The notes: generated by a model not told the origin, from the sequence alone. 64,000 nt of DNA from an uncultured bacterium (GCA_963708045.1 OY970181.1:67740-131739); one strand, 5' to 3'; positions 47,771-58,584 are shown, numbered from the stretch's first letter. Made by a program: numbers and translations.

Positions 47771-49921
47771 ATGACCGAACTTTTAGTAGTAAAACGAGAC
47801 GGCGAAAAAATTCCGTTTGATAAAGAATTTATCGTGAGCGCCGTTACCAAAGCCGCCGAAGCAACAAACGAGTTTGGACCGACCGAAGCGCGTAAGATTG
47901 CCGAGATGGCCGCCCATTTTATTGCTAAATCTAAAAAAATGGCCGAAACGATTGCTGTTGAAGAAATCCAGGACATTGTTGAATTTACTATAATGAGCTC
48001 TGGGCACTTTAAAACCGCCCGCGCTTACATTGTTTACCGCGAACACCGCGCCCAATCCCGCGCCGCCGGCGCCGTGGCGGTTGAAGTTGAAAAGACGATT
48101 AATGAATATTTGCAACAATCCGACTGGCGCGTCCATGAAAACGCCAACCAAAGCTATTCCTTGGGCGGCATGATTCTTAATACTTCTGGCAAGCTGACCG
48201 CTAATTACTGGTTACATCACGTTTATCCGCGCGAAGTCCGCGAAGCACATCTTGAGGGTGATTTTCACATCCATGATCTTTCTATGTTCTCCGGCTATTG
48301 CGCTGGCTGGTCACTGCGACAACTCTTAGAGGAAGGCTTTAACGGCGTTCCGGGCAAAGTTGAATCCGCTCCGCCAAAACACTTAGAAACAGCTGTCGCC
48401 CAAATGGTCAACTTCCTTGGCACTTTGCAAAACGAATGGGCTGGCGCGCAAGCTTTCTCATCTTTTGACACGCTCCTCGCGCCGCTTATTAAAAAAGATA
48501 ATTTGGATTATGACCGCGTTAAGCAGTCGGTTCAACAATTTGTCTTTAACCTTAATGTTCCGTCCCGCTGGGGCACTCAGACGCCATTTACCAATATTAC
48601 GCTTGATTGGGTCTGTCCCGACGACCTAAAGCCGCAACATCCCAAAATTGGTGGTGTTGAAATGCCTTTCACCTACAGCGACTGCCAAAAAGAAATGGAT
48701 ATGCTGAACAAGGCATATATTGAGGTTATGACTGCTGGCGATTATCGCGGCCGCATTTTTACCTTTCCTATTCCAACCTACAACATCACAAAAGATTTTA
48801 ATTGGGACGATGAAAAAGTTAAGCCATTGTTTGAAATGACTGCCAAGTTTGGCACGCCCTACTTCCAAAACTTCATCAATTCAAATTTAAACCCCTCGGA
48901 TGTGCGTTCTATGTGCTGTCGCCTGCAGTTAGACCTGAGACAACTCCGCGCCAAGGGTGGTGGCCTGTTCGGTTCTGGCGAAATGACCGGCTCGGTCGGC
49001 GTTGTTACTATTAATATGCCACGCATCGGCTACCTTTCGCGCACGGAAGCGGAATTCTTTGAACGTCTCGGACGGCTTATGGAGATTGCCAAAGAATCGT
49101 TGGAAATAAAGCGCAACGTTGTAACCGACAGCATTGAACGCGGGCTATTACCATTTACCAAGCGCTATTTACCATCCCTGCACAACCATTTTTCAACAAT
49201 CGGGATAAATGGAATGAACGAAGCTTGTTTAAACTTCCTTGGCAAAGACATTTCAACGTCAGAAGGTAAAGAATTCGCCTTACGCGTTATGGAGTTTATG
49301 CGTAATCGCCTGACCGACTTCCAAGAAAAAACCACCCACTTCTATAATCTGGAAGCAACGCCGGGCGAAGGAATTACCCACCGTTTTGCCAAAGAGGATA
49401 AAGTTCGTTTCCCGGGTATTATTCAGGGCGGCGTTCATGACGCGCCTTACTACACCAATTCCACTCACCTACCAGTTGATCACACGAGCGACCCGCTTGC
49501 AGCATTGGATCACCAAGACGAACTGCAAACTAAATACACTGGCGGCACCGTGCTCCACCTCTTTATGGGCGAACGCGTGACTGACTGGGAAACCTGCCGC
49601 GACTTTGTAAAACGCGTTGCCGAAAATTACCGCCTCCCCTATTTCACCATTACTCCAACCTTTAGCATTTGTCCGACGCATGGTTATCAAAACGGCGAGG
49701 TTCCTGTCTGTGGCGTATGCGGAACGAAGAACGAAATTTGGTCGCGTATTGTCGGCTACTACCGCCCGACCGAGGAATGGAATCACGCAAAAAAGAGCGA
49801 GTACGCCGAACGCGTTGAATACACCATTCCCGCCGCAATCGCTTATGAATGCGAAACTGCTCCTGTCGCTTCCGTTGTTTCTTCCGAATCTGTCAGCGTT
49901 CCGACACAAAGCAACATATAA
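47771..49921 (+). CDS. nrdD: Anaerobic ribonucleoside-triphosphate reductase (class III)
   Basis: An N-terminal ATP-cone, the C-terminal zinc ribbon CPTHGYQNGEVPVCGVCG and the glycyl-radical motif RIVGYYRP. Confidence 0.9.
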   Translation: MTELLVVKRDGEKIPFDKEFIVSAVTKAAEATNEFGPTEARKIAEMAAHFIAKSKKMAETIAVEEIQDIVEFTIMSSGHFKTARAYIVYREHRAQSRAAGAVAVEVEKTINEYLQQSDWRVHENANQSYSLGGMILNTSGKLTANYWLHHVYPREVREAHLEGDFHIHDLSMFSGYCAGWSLRQLLEEGFNGVPGKVESAPPKHLETAVAQMVNFLGTLQNEWAGAQAFSSFDTLLAPLIKKDNLDYDRVKQSVQQFVFNLNVPSRWGTQTPFTNITLDWVCPDDLKPQHPKIGGVEMPFTYSDCQKEMDMLNKAYIEVMTAGDYRGRIFTFPIPTYNITKDFNWDDEKVKPLFEMTAKFGTPYFQNFINSNLNPSDVRSMCCRLQLDLRQLRAKGGGLFGSGEMTGSVGVVTINMPRIGYLSRTEAEFFERLGRLMEIAKESLEIKRNVVTDSIERGLLPFTKRYLPSLHNHFSTIGINGMNEACLNFLGKDISTSEGKEFALRVMEFMRNRLTDFQEKTTHFYNLEATPGEGITHRFAKEDKVRFPGIIQGGVHDAPYYTNSTHLPVDHTSDPLAALDHQDELQTKYTGGTVLHLFMGERVTDWETCRDFVKRVAENYRLPYFTITPTFSICPTHGYQNGEVPVCGVCGTKNEIWSRIVGYYRPTEEWNHAKKSEYAERVEYTIPAAIAYECETAPVASVVSSESVSVPTQSNI

Positions 49922-50023
49922 CTCGTTCAAAAAACTTTTAACTATTAACTGTTAACTTTTAGTCCTGCTAAGCGGCTAAAAGCAGACCCTAACAGTTATA
50001 AAGTTAAAAGTTAACAGTTCAAA

Positions 50024-50713
50024 ATGAAAATTGCTGGCTTCCAAAAAATTAGTTTGCTGGATTATCCAAAAACACCCTGCGCGATTGTTTTCACGCAGGG
50101 TTGTTCGTTTCGTTGTCGCTTTTGCCATAACCCCGATCTTATTCCAGCGACGGCGCCAAATAGCGTTAATGAGGACGAACTCATCGCCAAACTAAATGCG
50201 CACAAAAAAATGGTTAGTGCCGTCACGATTACGGGCGGCGAGCCAACGCTTCACCCTGACCTTCCTAAATTTATCAAACGCCTTAAAGACGAAGGCTATA
50301 AGGTTAAGTTAGATACGAATGGTACCAACCCAGAAATGGTGGAAAAACTTATTCGCGACGGACTTTTGGACTACCTCGCAATGGACATAAAAAACGATTG
50401 GGAAAATTATGATGCCATAACAAACACCGGCTCGCCCACGGTTTTTGAACGCCCAAAAGAAACTCTTAAGATTATCCAAGATTCTATGGTTGCCCACGAA
50501 TTTCGGACAACGATTCTTCCCGCCGTGCATACGCCGGAAAATTTTATGAAAATCGTGAGCTACCTTAGGCCGGGTGAAAAATATTTTATCCAAGACACGC
50601 GTTTTACCGTTACCCTTGATTCAACCATTTCTCACGAATATGGTTTTGATCTTGACGAGCTAATTAAAAATCTGCGTGCCAAGTATCCCGAGGTTTTGAT
50701 ACAGAAAAGATAG
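50024..50713 (+). CDS. nrdG: Anaerobic RNR activating protein (radical SAM)
   Basis: CSFRCRFCHNP (CX3CX2C) cluster. The protein is 229 aa and lies immediately downstream of nrdD. Confidence 0.85.
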   Translation: MKIAGFQKISLLDYPKTPCAIVFTQGCSFRCRFCHNPDLIPATAPNSVNEDELIAKLNAHKKMVSAVTITGGEPTLHPDLPKFIKRLKDEGYKVKLDTNGTNPEMVEKLIRDGLLDYLAMDIKNDWENYDAITNTGSPTVFERPKETLKIIQDSMVAHEFRTTILPAVHTPENFMKIVSYLRPGEKYFIQDTRFTVTLDSTISHEYGFDLDELIKNLRAKYPEVLIQKR

Positions 50714-50730
50714 ATTTTAAATTTTAAAAA

Positions 50731-51032
50731 TATCTAATATCTAATCCGACGAAACATCATCATCAAAGATTGTCAGCTTTTTCGGCGTCATCCCGAGCGA
50801 AGCGAGGGAACTCAAAGTCTCTAGGCAAGCTCCGTGATTCCTCGCCCTGGACAAACCGACCTCACAGGCTCGGAATGACGGCGGGGTGTTTGACGTCATC
50901 CCGAAGAGCCGAAGCGATGAGGGAACTCAACGTCTCTAAGTCGTCTGCGAGATCCCTCGCCTTGGACAAACCGACCTTACAGGCTCGGAATGACGGCGAA
51001 CGGATTAGACATTAGGTATTAGATATTAGGTA
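50731..51032. mobile_element. MITE-like element (about 300 bp): atctaat-heptamer terminal inverted repeats flanking two tandem about 100-bp imperfect palindromes of the 'gtcatcccgagcgaagcgaggg...gctcggaatgac' type
   Basis: Left TIR tatctaatatctaatccgacg; right TIR cggattagacattaggtattagatattaggta. A single-unit copy in inverted orientation sits at 58585-58759. Confidence 0.75.
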
Positions 51033-51084
51033 TTCATCGGGTGACTATTGTTCACGACAATGATCCGTTATAGAATATAAGAAT

Positions 51085-51504
51085 ATGTTAGAGCAACCAG
51101 AAATCCGCACTGACGAAAATGGCGAGTTCTTCTTTTACGCTCCGGAAAAAATCGCCGCTATTCATCCGATTGACGCGCCCGACGAAGGCGAACTTTCGGT
51201 TGATGTTTTTGAAACCGAAGACGCGCTTATTGTGCAATCCACCATCGCTGGCGCGCGCATTGAAGATCTTGAACTGTCGCTTCACAACGATATGTTCACG
51301 ATTCGCGGCACGCGACGCCACGAAATTCCCGTGACCGGCAAACTGCTTTGGGGCGAATGTTATTGGGGTCCGTTTTCCCGCTCAATTATTCTTCCTTCCG
51401 AAATCAAGGGCGACGAAGCGACCGCGATCTTGCGCGCTGGCGTTCTAACTGTTAATCTCCCCAAACGAAACCGCCGCACCATTCCGGTGGAAGAAGTAGA
51501 ATAG
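51085..51504 (+). CDS. Hsp20/alpha-crystallin family small heat-shock protein
   Basis: An alpha-crystallin domain pattern with a C-terminal IPV-like motif (TIPVEEVE). Confidence 0.75.
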   Translation: MLEQPEIRTDENGEFFFYAPEKIAAIHPIDAPDEGELSVDVFETEDALIVQSTIAGARIEDLELSLHNDMFTIRGTRRHEIPVTGKLLWGECYWGPFSRSIILPSEIKGDEATAILRAGVLTVNLPKRNRRTIPVEEVE

Positions 51505-51605
51505 TTAATTGAGACAATAGAGATTAGAGATTTGAAATTAGATTTTAGAAGACGAACGGACGGCTTCAACATTCAAATCTCAAATCTCTTATCTCAACAA
51601 AAAAA

Positions 51606-51902
51606 ATGGAAAACCTTACTGCAATCCAAGCACAAATTTTAGCCAAAGCCATTTCCGAGGAATGGGACAATCTCCCCAGCTCCGAAGAAGTTGAATACGG
51701 ACCAAACACCGAAAAAAAAGCTAACGCCGCCATTCTTAACGCTTTGCAAAGCGCGGAGGTTGTTGACGCTGGAATTAAATTAAACGGCGACGCGCTCACG
51801 GACTTAATCGGCCAATTTCAAGTGTACTTGGAGTCTGCTGAAAATCTTGCCGACCTTACCCGGATGGAAGACGAACTGGCCGCGCTTTTTGCCGCTGAAT
51901 AA
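51606..51902 (+). CDS. Hypothetical acidic protein (98 aa)
   Basis: ORF only. It sits 4 bp upstream of the VanW-family gene. Confidence 0.45.
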   Translation: MENLTAIQAQILAKAISEEWDNLPSSEEVEYGPNTEKKANAAILNALQSAEVVDAGIKLNGDALTDLIGQFQVYLESAENLADLTRMEDELAALFAAE

Positions 51903-51905
51903 AAA

Positions 51906-53789
51906 ATGGAAACCGAAACACAAAAACCACAAAGGACTCGCCGACTCCTTGCTGTAGCCGGCGTTCTTTTTATTATCCTCATTGCGGCACCACCGATCGC
52001 TTATGCCATTTTTTATCATGAACGAATTATCCCTGGCGTTTATGTCGCCGGCGCTAATCTTAGCGGTCTCACCCAAAACGAAGCACGAACAAAAATAATT
52101 CAGACAATTGATAAAATAAAACTTCACGGAATTTTCGTTACAAATGGCGTTAAAACCATTCGCTTGGAAGACAAAACCGAATTTAACGCTGAAGACGCTC
52201 TGCACCAAGCTTATGAACTCGGCCGCGCCGGAAGTTTGCCAAGCCGACTCCGTGCCGCCACGAGCGCTGTTTTTTCCAACATCCATATTCCAATCTCCGG
52301 ATCGTTAGAGCCGACGCAGATGGATAAAATTTTAAAAGACAATTTTTCTGGCAACGAACGAAAAGCGATTGACGCAAAACTCGTCGTTAATATGAACGGC
52401 GAAAACTTTGTTTCGGCCGAAATTGTTCCAGAAAAATCCGGCTTAGCCTACGATTACGCGGATGCCGAGGCAAGAGTTCAGAAAATGCTTTTTTCTATGG
52501 AAATAGAAACGGTAAAGATAAAAGAAATCACCATCCCGCCAACGCTTAGCCAAAACGATGTCGCCCTCTTTACAACGCTTGTGCCAAACGCCATTCGTCT
52601 TGCTCCCTTAACCATTCAAGCCGAAGATAAAAAAATAATTTTAACAGCCAGCAAGCTGGCGAAACTTTTGACCGTTAATAAAAACAATGGTTCGGTAGCA
52701 CTCGTCTTGGACGAATCAGCAACGCAAACTTTTTTAAAAAATCTTTCTGACGCCTATGATATTCCGGCCAAGGACACGTATTTAGAAATTGACCCGGCAA
52801 CCAACCGCATGACCAGCTTAAAAGCCGGCCGCGACGGACGCCGCGTCAACGCCGAAAAAACTTTTGCCGCACTAAACGATACTTTTAAAACAGCGCTCGC
52901 GGGAAACACCTCCGCAAAAAACATTAGTGCTGTAACCGAAACGGCAAAATCGCAAGTCATTTCCGATTCCGCGGCCGCGCTCGGCATAAAAGAAGTTCTT
53001 GGCACCGGCCGCTCTAACTACAAAGTTTCGTCGGCTAACCGGATAAAAAATATTGCAAACGGCGTCGCCAAACTTAACGGACGTCTGATCGCGCCCGATG
53101 AAGTTTTTTCAATGATCGGTGCGCTTTCGCCTTTTACCATTGAAGGCGGCTATGTTCCCGAGTTGGTTATTCTTGGCGATTCGCTTAAACCAGAAATCGG
53201 CGGCGGCCTTTGCCAAATTGGCACGACTACCTTTCGCGCGGCAATGAATTCCGGTTTGCCGATTTTGGAACGACAAAATCATTCGCTCGTTATTAGTCAC
53301 TATTTAGATCCACAAAACAACCAACCTGGAACGGACGCGACTATTTACGACCCTGCACCTGACTTAAAATTTAAAAACGATACCGGACACTGGCTTCTTT
53401 TCACCGCCGATATGAATACCAAAACCGGCGACTTGGCCTTTAGTTTTTGGGGAACACCCGACGGACGGCGTGGCTCATATTCCGCGCCCAAAGTCAGCGA
53501 ATGGATAAATTATCCGCCCGAAATAAAAAATATTGAAACCGATACGCTTGCTCCAGGAAAAACTACCTGTCAAAATCCTTTCCGCGGCGCCAACGCTTCG
53601 TTCGTTTACACGATAGAATTTGCCGACGGCACTAAAAAAGAAAAAACCTTTGTCTCACACTACAAACCGCTCCAGAAAATTTGTATGGTTGGCAAGGCCG
53701 CACCGGAAATTGCCATTCCCCCATCGGACGCTGCGGCGCCCGCACCAACCGAACCAATTCTTCCACCCGAAGCGGCGGTTGGAAACTAG
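51906..53789 (+). CDS. VanW-family protein with N-terminal TM anchor
   Basis: The conserved VanW region ...GGGLCQIGTTTFRAAMNSGLPILERQNHS... is present. Confidence 0.7.
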   Translation: METETQKPQRTRRLLAVAGVLFIILIAAPPIAYAIFYHERIIPGVYVAGANLSGLTQNEARTKIIQTIDKIKLHGIFVTNGVKTIRLEDKTEFNAEDALHQAYELGRAGSLPSRLRAATSAVFSNIHIPISGSLEPTQMDKILKDNFSGNERKAIDAKLVVNMNGENFVSAEIVPEKSGLAYDYADAEARVQKMLFSMEIETVKIKEITIPPTLSQNDVALFTTLVPNAIRLAPLTIQAEDKKIILTASKLAKLLTVNKNNGSVALVLDESATQTFLKNLSDAYDIPAKDTYLEIDPATNRMTSLKAGRDGRRVNAEKTFAALNDTFKTALAGNTSAKNISAVTETAKSQVISDSAAALGIKEVLGTGRSNYKVSSANRIKNIANGVAKLNGRLIAPDEVFSMIGALSPFTIEGGYVPELVILGDSLKPEIGGGLCQIGTTTFRAAMNSGLPILERQNHSLVISHYLDPQNNQPGTDATIYDPAPDLKFKNDTGHWLLFTADMNTKTGDLAFSFWGTPDGRRGSYSAPKVSEWINYPPEIKNIETDTLAPGKTTCQNPFRGANASFVYTIEFADGTKKEKTFVSHYKPLQKICMVGKAAPEIAIPPSDAAAPAPTEPILPPEAAVGN

Positions 53790-53861
53790 CTCACCTTCGT
53801 TATTACGAGGAATAAAACAGGCCGTTCCCTTGTCGGGAGCGGCCTTGTTGTAAGCCTCCTT

Positions 53862-54593
53862 TTACTTTTTGAAAAGAAAGTCCGAAATAGCGAACCCGAG
53901 TCCGCCGGTGGCTTGTTTTGAACCATCAAGCTCAAACCAAATTACCAAATGAAGAATTTCGTATCCAATCTCAATACTATTCCGCCAAGCCGCGCCACTA
54001 GAAATTGAGACACGATTCTTAAGTTCCGAACCGTTTGGACAGTCGCGACAATCAACACCTCGGTAGGTTTTAACGTCAAGTTCGTATCTCCGCACCGAGA
54101 GTGAATACTGAATCATCTGCTTGATACCAAGTGTGGTATCGTTCATGAATCCAATAGTAAAACCAATGGACGGCCCGCGGATAATACCAACGTCTTCGGC
54201 TGGAACCAAATTCCACCAATGCATTGTTGTTGAACGAATTATCTGTCGGTTGTATTTGTTACCAGCATTCATACCGTTCAAACCGAAAGAAACATAGGTG
54301 CTGGTCAACCCAAGATAAAACCGATCGTCAAGGCGCTCGCGAAAATCAATGGCAAATTCCAACAAACCCGTCGTTGTTTTATTGTCCGTATCAGTAATCA
54401 TCTCTCCACCTGCCGGCAAAAAATCATTCGGGTCAACTACTGGCGGTTTCTTATATTCTTCACTTGACGACCACGCCGCGACAATGGATCCGCTGTGCGT
54501 GAGCGAGGTGTTTTGGCCAAGCTTAAGCGTGTAGCAGCCCGAAACAAAAATAACAACTATAACAAACAACGCCTTATTGCCAATTCGTGACAT
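53862..54593 (-). CDS. Putative lipoprotein (beta-rich, 243 aa)
   Basis: Signal peptide with lipobox FVSGC. Confidence 0.5.
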   Translation of the reverse strand: MSRIGNKALFVIVVIFVSGCYTLKLGQNTSLTHSGSIVAAWSSSEEYKKPPVVDPNDFLPAGGEMITDTDNKTTTGLLEFAIDFRERLDDRFYLGLTSTYVSFGLNGMNAGNKYNRQIIRSTTMHWWNLVPAEDVGIIRGPSIGFTIGFMNDTTLGIKQMIQYSLSVRRYELDVKTYRGVDCRDCPNGSELKNRVSISSGAAWRNSIEIGYEILHLVIWFELDGSKQATGGLGFAISDFLFKK

Positions 54594-54750
54594 GACACAT
54601 CCCTTTCTAATGCCTTGCGAGCATTTTGACGGAGTTATAATTCAATAAGTTAAAGAGCTAGCTTTAAACCCTAAACCCACACCTAAAAAGTGTCAACCTT
54701 AACGGTGTCGTTTAGTATAAAATTTTGTTATACTGTAAGCATAATTTTCT

Positions 54751-56916
54751 ATGCTAAGAAGGATCGCGATTGTTGCCGCGTTAATCGTTTGGATAGCAGC
54801 CAACCTGTTATTTTTTTATTGGTATCACCAGCTGATTGGTCTGAGTTTTTCTTTGCCTTCGGCTATAGTTATTATTATCGCGAGCGCTTGGTTTTTTTCA
54901 ATCGCTTATTTTGTGCCACGCCTCGCCGTTCGGTTTTTTTTAAGCGGAACCGTTGCCATAATCCTTGCCTGGACACTCGTCAACTTTGCATATTTTAAAA
55001 TTTTTGGAACTTTTTTGCCGCTTACCTCAAGCCGACTGATGTCGCTCAATTTGCCGATGCTACGCCTCGTTCACGACTTTGCCTACACTGTTCCCCTACC
55101 GCTTTCGCTCGCGGCGCTCGGGCTAGTTATTTATTATTTTGCAATCGGGCGCTTACTAAAAATTCCCAAAGAAGACGAGATGACCGTTCTTTTTGCGTCG
55201 GCGGAAAACCAAATCACCTCAATCAGTTTTAGAAAAAAATTTAAAAAAACTTTTATCACCATTGGCGTTGCGACTCAGCTTGGCGTTTTCTTGCTTATGT
55301 CCGCGACGATCACCGACATTAGGCGCGACGCGCGCGCCACCGACCCGACCACTGTTCTCTCTAAAATCGGCCTGATTGGTTTTGCGCTTGCGAGCGGCGC
55401 CGACCCGGGCCCACAATCCGAAAACGGCGTCGCCCGACCAAAAGAAAATAATTTTTCCTCGCTCTCGGGCGCCAAAGGAAACATTGCCTCGCTCCGCGAG
55501 TCGCTTGCCAAGCTAAATTCCGATGCCGAAAAATCTGCCAATCTTAAACGGCCGGTTCCGCCAAAAACGCCGCACTTAATTTTTTACCAAATGGAGTCCG
55601 CGGATAGCTGGCCGCTTTACCAAAACCCGACGCCAATGCCTTTTCTCGCGTCGCTTATGGAAAAATACGGAACAGTAAATGATTATTTTGCGAACGGCTG
55701 TACCACCGTGGACGCCGAGTTTTCTATAAACTGCGGCTTCTTGCCCGAAACCTACGGCCCCGTTAGCGACTTGTATTCAAAAAATTCTTATAACTGCTTA
55801 CCATCAATCCTCAAAGACAAAGGGTATCGCACGTCTATTTATCACGCGAACGACAGTTCTTTTTGGGCACGCGCGACACTCGCGCCAGCTTGGGGTTTTG
55901 ACAATTTAAATTTTGAACCAGTTTTTAAAAACCGCGAACCGGACAGCGCGATTTTTGATCGCGTTGTCTCCGACCTTAAAGCCGCAAACGAACCGACAAT
56001 GCAATATGTAATCGGGATGACCGGCCACGCGCCGCACGACGAACATTTTCAAAGATTTTATAACGATAGTTATCATTTAGACGTCCAGCCATACGCCGGC
56101 GAATTAAATTTGTCGTCGCAAGCAATGAACATAGACGAGCCAACACTGCGCCTTTACTTGGGCTTTCTTAAAGCGACCGACAACGGCCTTAAGCATCTTT
56201 TTGACCGCCTAACCCAAGAAGGATTACTAGACGAAACCGTGGTTATAATTTATGGCGACCATCGCTACTACCAAGCCAGCTCTGGCAACGCGGAAAAAGA
56301 TTTTCTTCTTTATAACCGTATTCCAATGGTAATCGCGATGCCGAATGCTGAAAAAATCGCTTGGCCAAAAATTGCGAGCCATCTTGATATCGCGCCGACG
56401 ATTTACGATTACCTCACAAGCGGCAAAGAAACCCTTCCGCCGACCTTTCTTGGCACTAGTTTATTTTCTTCCGCGCACGCGAACGCGGCGATAAACAAAT
56501 GTCTTGGCCGCGCCAGTTATTACGATGGCAATACACTTGCTGACAACAATGTTTCTTTGCGCACTTTTAAAATCACGAATTTCCGCGGCACAACGACGAG
56601 CGACAAACAGACAACAATAGAAAACGAACTTGCAAGCATTGCTAGCGCAAGCGACCTTTTGTTTGCTAGAAACTTACTTCACGAAAACGCCATCGTGAGT
56701 TCACCAGATGCAGAAGTGGGTGCCCCTCTGCCCGAACAAAATTCCGCCGACGCGAATACCGACACTGACCACGATGGTTTGTCTGACCTACGCGAAAAAG
56801 CGCTTGGCACTGATCGGAACAATCCCGATACTGATGGCGATGGTTTTACCGATGGCAATGAGGTTATGAACGGTTTTGATCCATTGGGACCTGGGAAAAA
56901 GTTAATGGAAAATTAA
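54751..56916 (+). CDS. LTA-synthase/sulfatase-family membrane protein with C-terminal calcium-binding D-x-D repeats
   Basis: Five N-terminal TM helices, an alkaline-phosphatase-superfamily catalytic domain, and a C-terminal DTDHDGLSDLRE...DTDGDGFTDGNE (thrombospondin-type-3-like). Confidence 0.7.
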   Translation: MLRRIAIVAALIVWIAANLLFFYWYHQLIGLSFSLPSAIVIIIASAWFFSIAYFVPRLAVRFFLSGTVAIILAWTLVNFAYFKIFGTFLPLTSSRLMSLNLPMLRLVHDFAYTVPLPLSLAALGLVIYYFAIGRLLKIPKEDEMTVLFASAENQITSISFRKKFKKTFITIGVATQLGVFLLMSATITDIRRDARATDPTTVLSKIGLIGFALASGADPGPQSENGVARPKENNFSSLSGAKGNIASLRESLAKLNSDAEKSANLKRPVPPKTPHLIFYQMESADSWPLYQNPTPMPFLASLMEKYGTVNDYFANGCTTVDAEFSINCGFLPETYGPVSDLYSKNSYNCLPSILKDKGYRTSIYHANDSSFWARATLAPAWGFDNLNFEPVFKNREPDSAIFDRVVSDLKAANEPTMQYVIGMTGHAPHDEHFQRFYNDSYHLDVQPYAGELNLSSQAMNIDEPTLRLYLGFLKATDNGLKHLFDRLTQEGLLDETVVIIYGDHRYYQASSGNAEKDFLLYNRIPMVIAMPNAEKIAWPKIASHLDIAPTIYDYLTSGKETLPPTFLGTSLFSSAHANAAINKCLGRASYYDGNTLADNNVSLRTFKITNFRGTTTSDKQTTIENELASIASASDLLFARNLLHENAIVSSPDAEVGAPLPEQNSADANTDTDHDGLSDLREKALGTDRNNPDTDGDGFTDGNEVMNGFDPLGPGKKLMEN

Positions 56917-57129
56917 CACGCAAAAACCCTCTCCCGGCCTTCGGCCAGCTGAGCTGGCCTGCGGACCACCCTCCCCCATTTTTGGGGGAGGGTTTTAAAA
57001 ATACGAAGCCGCATCTAACAAAAACCGCTCCGATAAATATCGGAGCGGTTTTTGTTAGTAAGTATTAAGTATATTTATACCGTCGCAAACAACAACTAAT
57101 TTAATTATTCCTTAAATAAATTAAACAGA

Positions 57130-57528
57130 CTATAAACTATAATCTGGGAGTTTTTCTGGTATTACTGGATTACGAATAGCATTTATTCGTGATCGCAAGT
57201 CTGCTTGAAGATTTGCGACGAACTTTTGTTTATCGTCCGCTGCAACATATGCCTCTTTTAATTCACCGAACTTAAGTGCAAGATCCTGCCATTTTTCGTC
57301 CGGCACCCGCGAATTAAGCGCCTCGGCATGTAGCAATACCATGAAAGCCTTACTTCCTGGAAACGACTCGCCGTCTTGAAGAGTTGGTCTTATCAGACCG
57401 ATTTCCAACTCGGCATCTGTTAGAGCGTGATCCTCGTCAACTGTTAGAGCATGCTCAAAGCTCATTTTACTTTCTTGGACGCCAGTTTCAGATCCTGGTT
57501 GTTCTGGAGAGCCATGTCTTTCGTTCAT
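57130..57528 (-). CDS. Hypothetical acidic protein (132 aa)
   Basis: ORF only. Confidence 0.45.
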   Translation of the reverse strand: MNERHGSPEQPGSETGVQESKMSFEHALTVDEDHALTDAELEIGLIRPTLQDGESFPGSKAFMVLLHAEALNSRVPDEKWQDLALKFGELKEAYVAADDKQKFVANLQADLRSRINAIRNPVIPEKLPDYSL

Positions 57529-57935
57529 AAAAAATAATTAATTATTATTGTATTATTCTACAATATTTTATCTAGATTGTCAAGATAAATGTATGTCCGA
57601 GTACCCTTCCTCCCGCAAAAACCTTAACGCTGCCGTCCGAAGGACGCAGCGTTCTAGATAACAAAAACACCTCCACTTTATTAAGTGGAGGTGTTTTTTA
57701 TCACATACAGGGGGTCGCGCCCAAGAAGTTTGGTACAAGGGAATGTTGAGCCGGAGCCCACGCAATCCTAAAAACCAAACCCCATGCTTGTCGTGGGCGC
57801 GACCGCTATTTGCGAATTTAGTTCGCTTAGCAGCCGTGCGAGCAACAACTAAAAATACCATAACTATGCCGAACTGTCAAGTCCCGTATATTTATACGCA
57901 AAAGCCGCCCGTTTGGGCGGCTTTTAAAATCTATT

Positions 57936-58535
57936 TTATGCCCTATTTTTCAACACTTTATCAGCCAAGCCGTAGGCGACGGCTTCTTCGGCGGTCATAA
58001 AGTAATCACGATCGGCGTCTTTTTCAACTTTGGAAAACGACTGTCCGGTGTGACCGGCCAAAATTTCATTAAGACGCTTTTTAAGTTTTATAATCCGACG
58101 CGCCGAAATTTCTATGTCCGAGGCCTGACCCTGCGCTCCGCCCATTACTTGGTGAATCATTACTTCGGAATTAGGCAAAACAAAACGTTTGCCTTTGGTG
58201 CCAGCGGCGAGAAGCACCGAGGCCATTGAAGCGGCCATTCCAATACAGATTGTGGAAATGTCCGACTTTACGTATTGCATTGTGTCGTAAATCGCCATTC
58301 CCGACGTCACCGATCCGCCCGGCGAATTGATATAAAGTTTGATGTCTTTGGTCTTGTCTTGTGACTCCAAAAACAAAATTTGCGCGATCACGGCATTCGC
58401 CACGTCGTCGTCAATCGTGTCGCCAAGAAAAATAATCCGGTCTTTAAGCAGACGCGAATAGATATCGTAGGCCCGCTCGCCAAATTGCGATTTTTCTATG
58501 ACAGTGGGGATGAGGGTGTAGTTTGATGGTTTCAT
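57936..58535 (-). CDS. clpP: ATP-dependent Clp protease proteolytic subunit
   Basis: The Ser-His-Asp triad context (GMAASMAS ... HQVMGG) is present. The protein is 199 aa. Confidence 0.92.
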   Translation of the reverse strand: MKPSNYTLIPTVIEKSQFGERAYDIYSRLLKDRIIFLGDTIDDDVANAVIAQILFLESQDKTKDIKLYINSPGGSVTSGMAIYDTMQYVKSDISTICIGMAASMASVLLAAGTKGKRFVLPNSEVMIHQVMGGAQGQASDIEISARRIIKLKKRLNEILAGHTGQSFSKVEKDADRDYFMTAEEAVAYGLADKVLKNRA

Positions 58536-58584
58536 ATTTTCTAATAATTTAATCTTTAAACCAGCGTTAATATTTTCTTGTTGA

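Noticed and set aside
50731-51032. Tandem short repeats considered as a CRISPR array
   Set aside because: The repeat units are 7 nt with no unique spacers, and the arrays occur as inverted pairs around palindromes. This is not CRISPR architecture.
57700-57935. tmRNA or SRP RNA identity for the clpP-adjacent non-coding region
   Set aside because: There is no tRNA-like T-arm (GGTTCGA) and no tag-peptide reading frame ending in ALAA-stop. The SRP domain IV motif AGGUCAGGUCCGGAAGGAAGCAGC is also absent.
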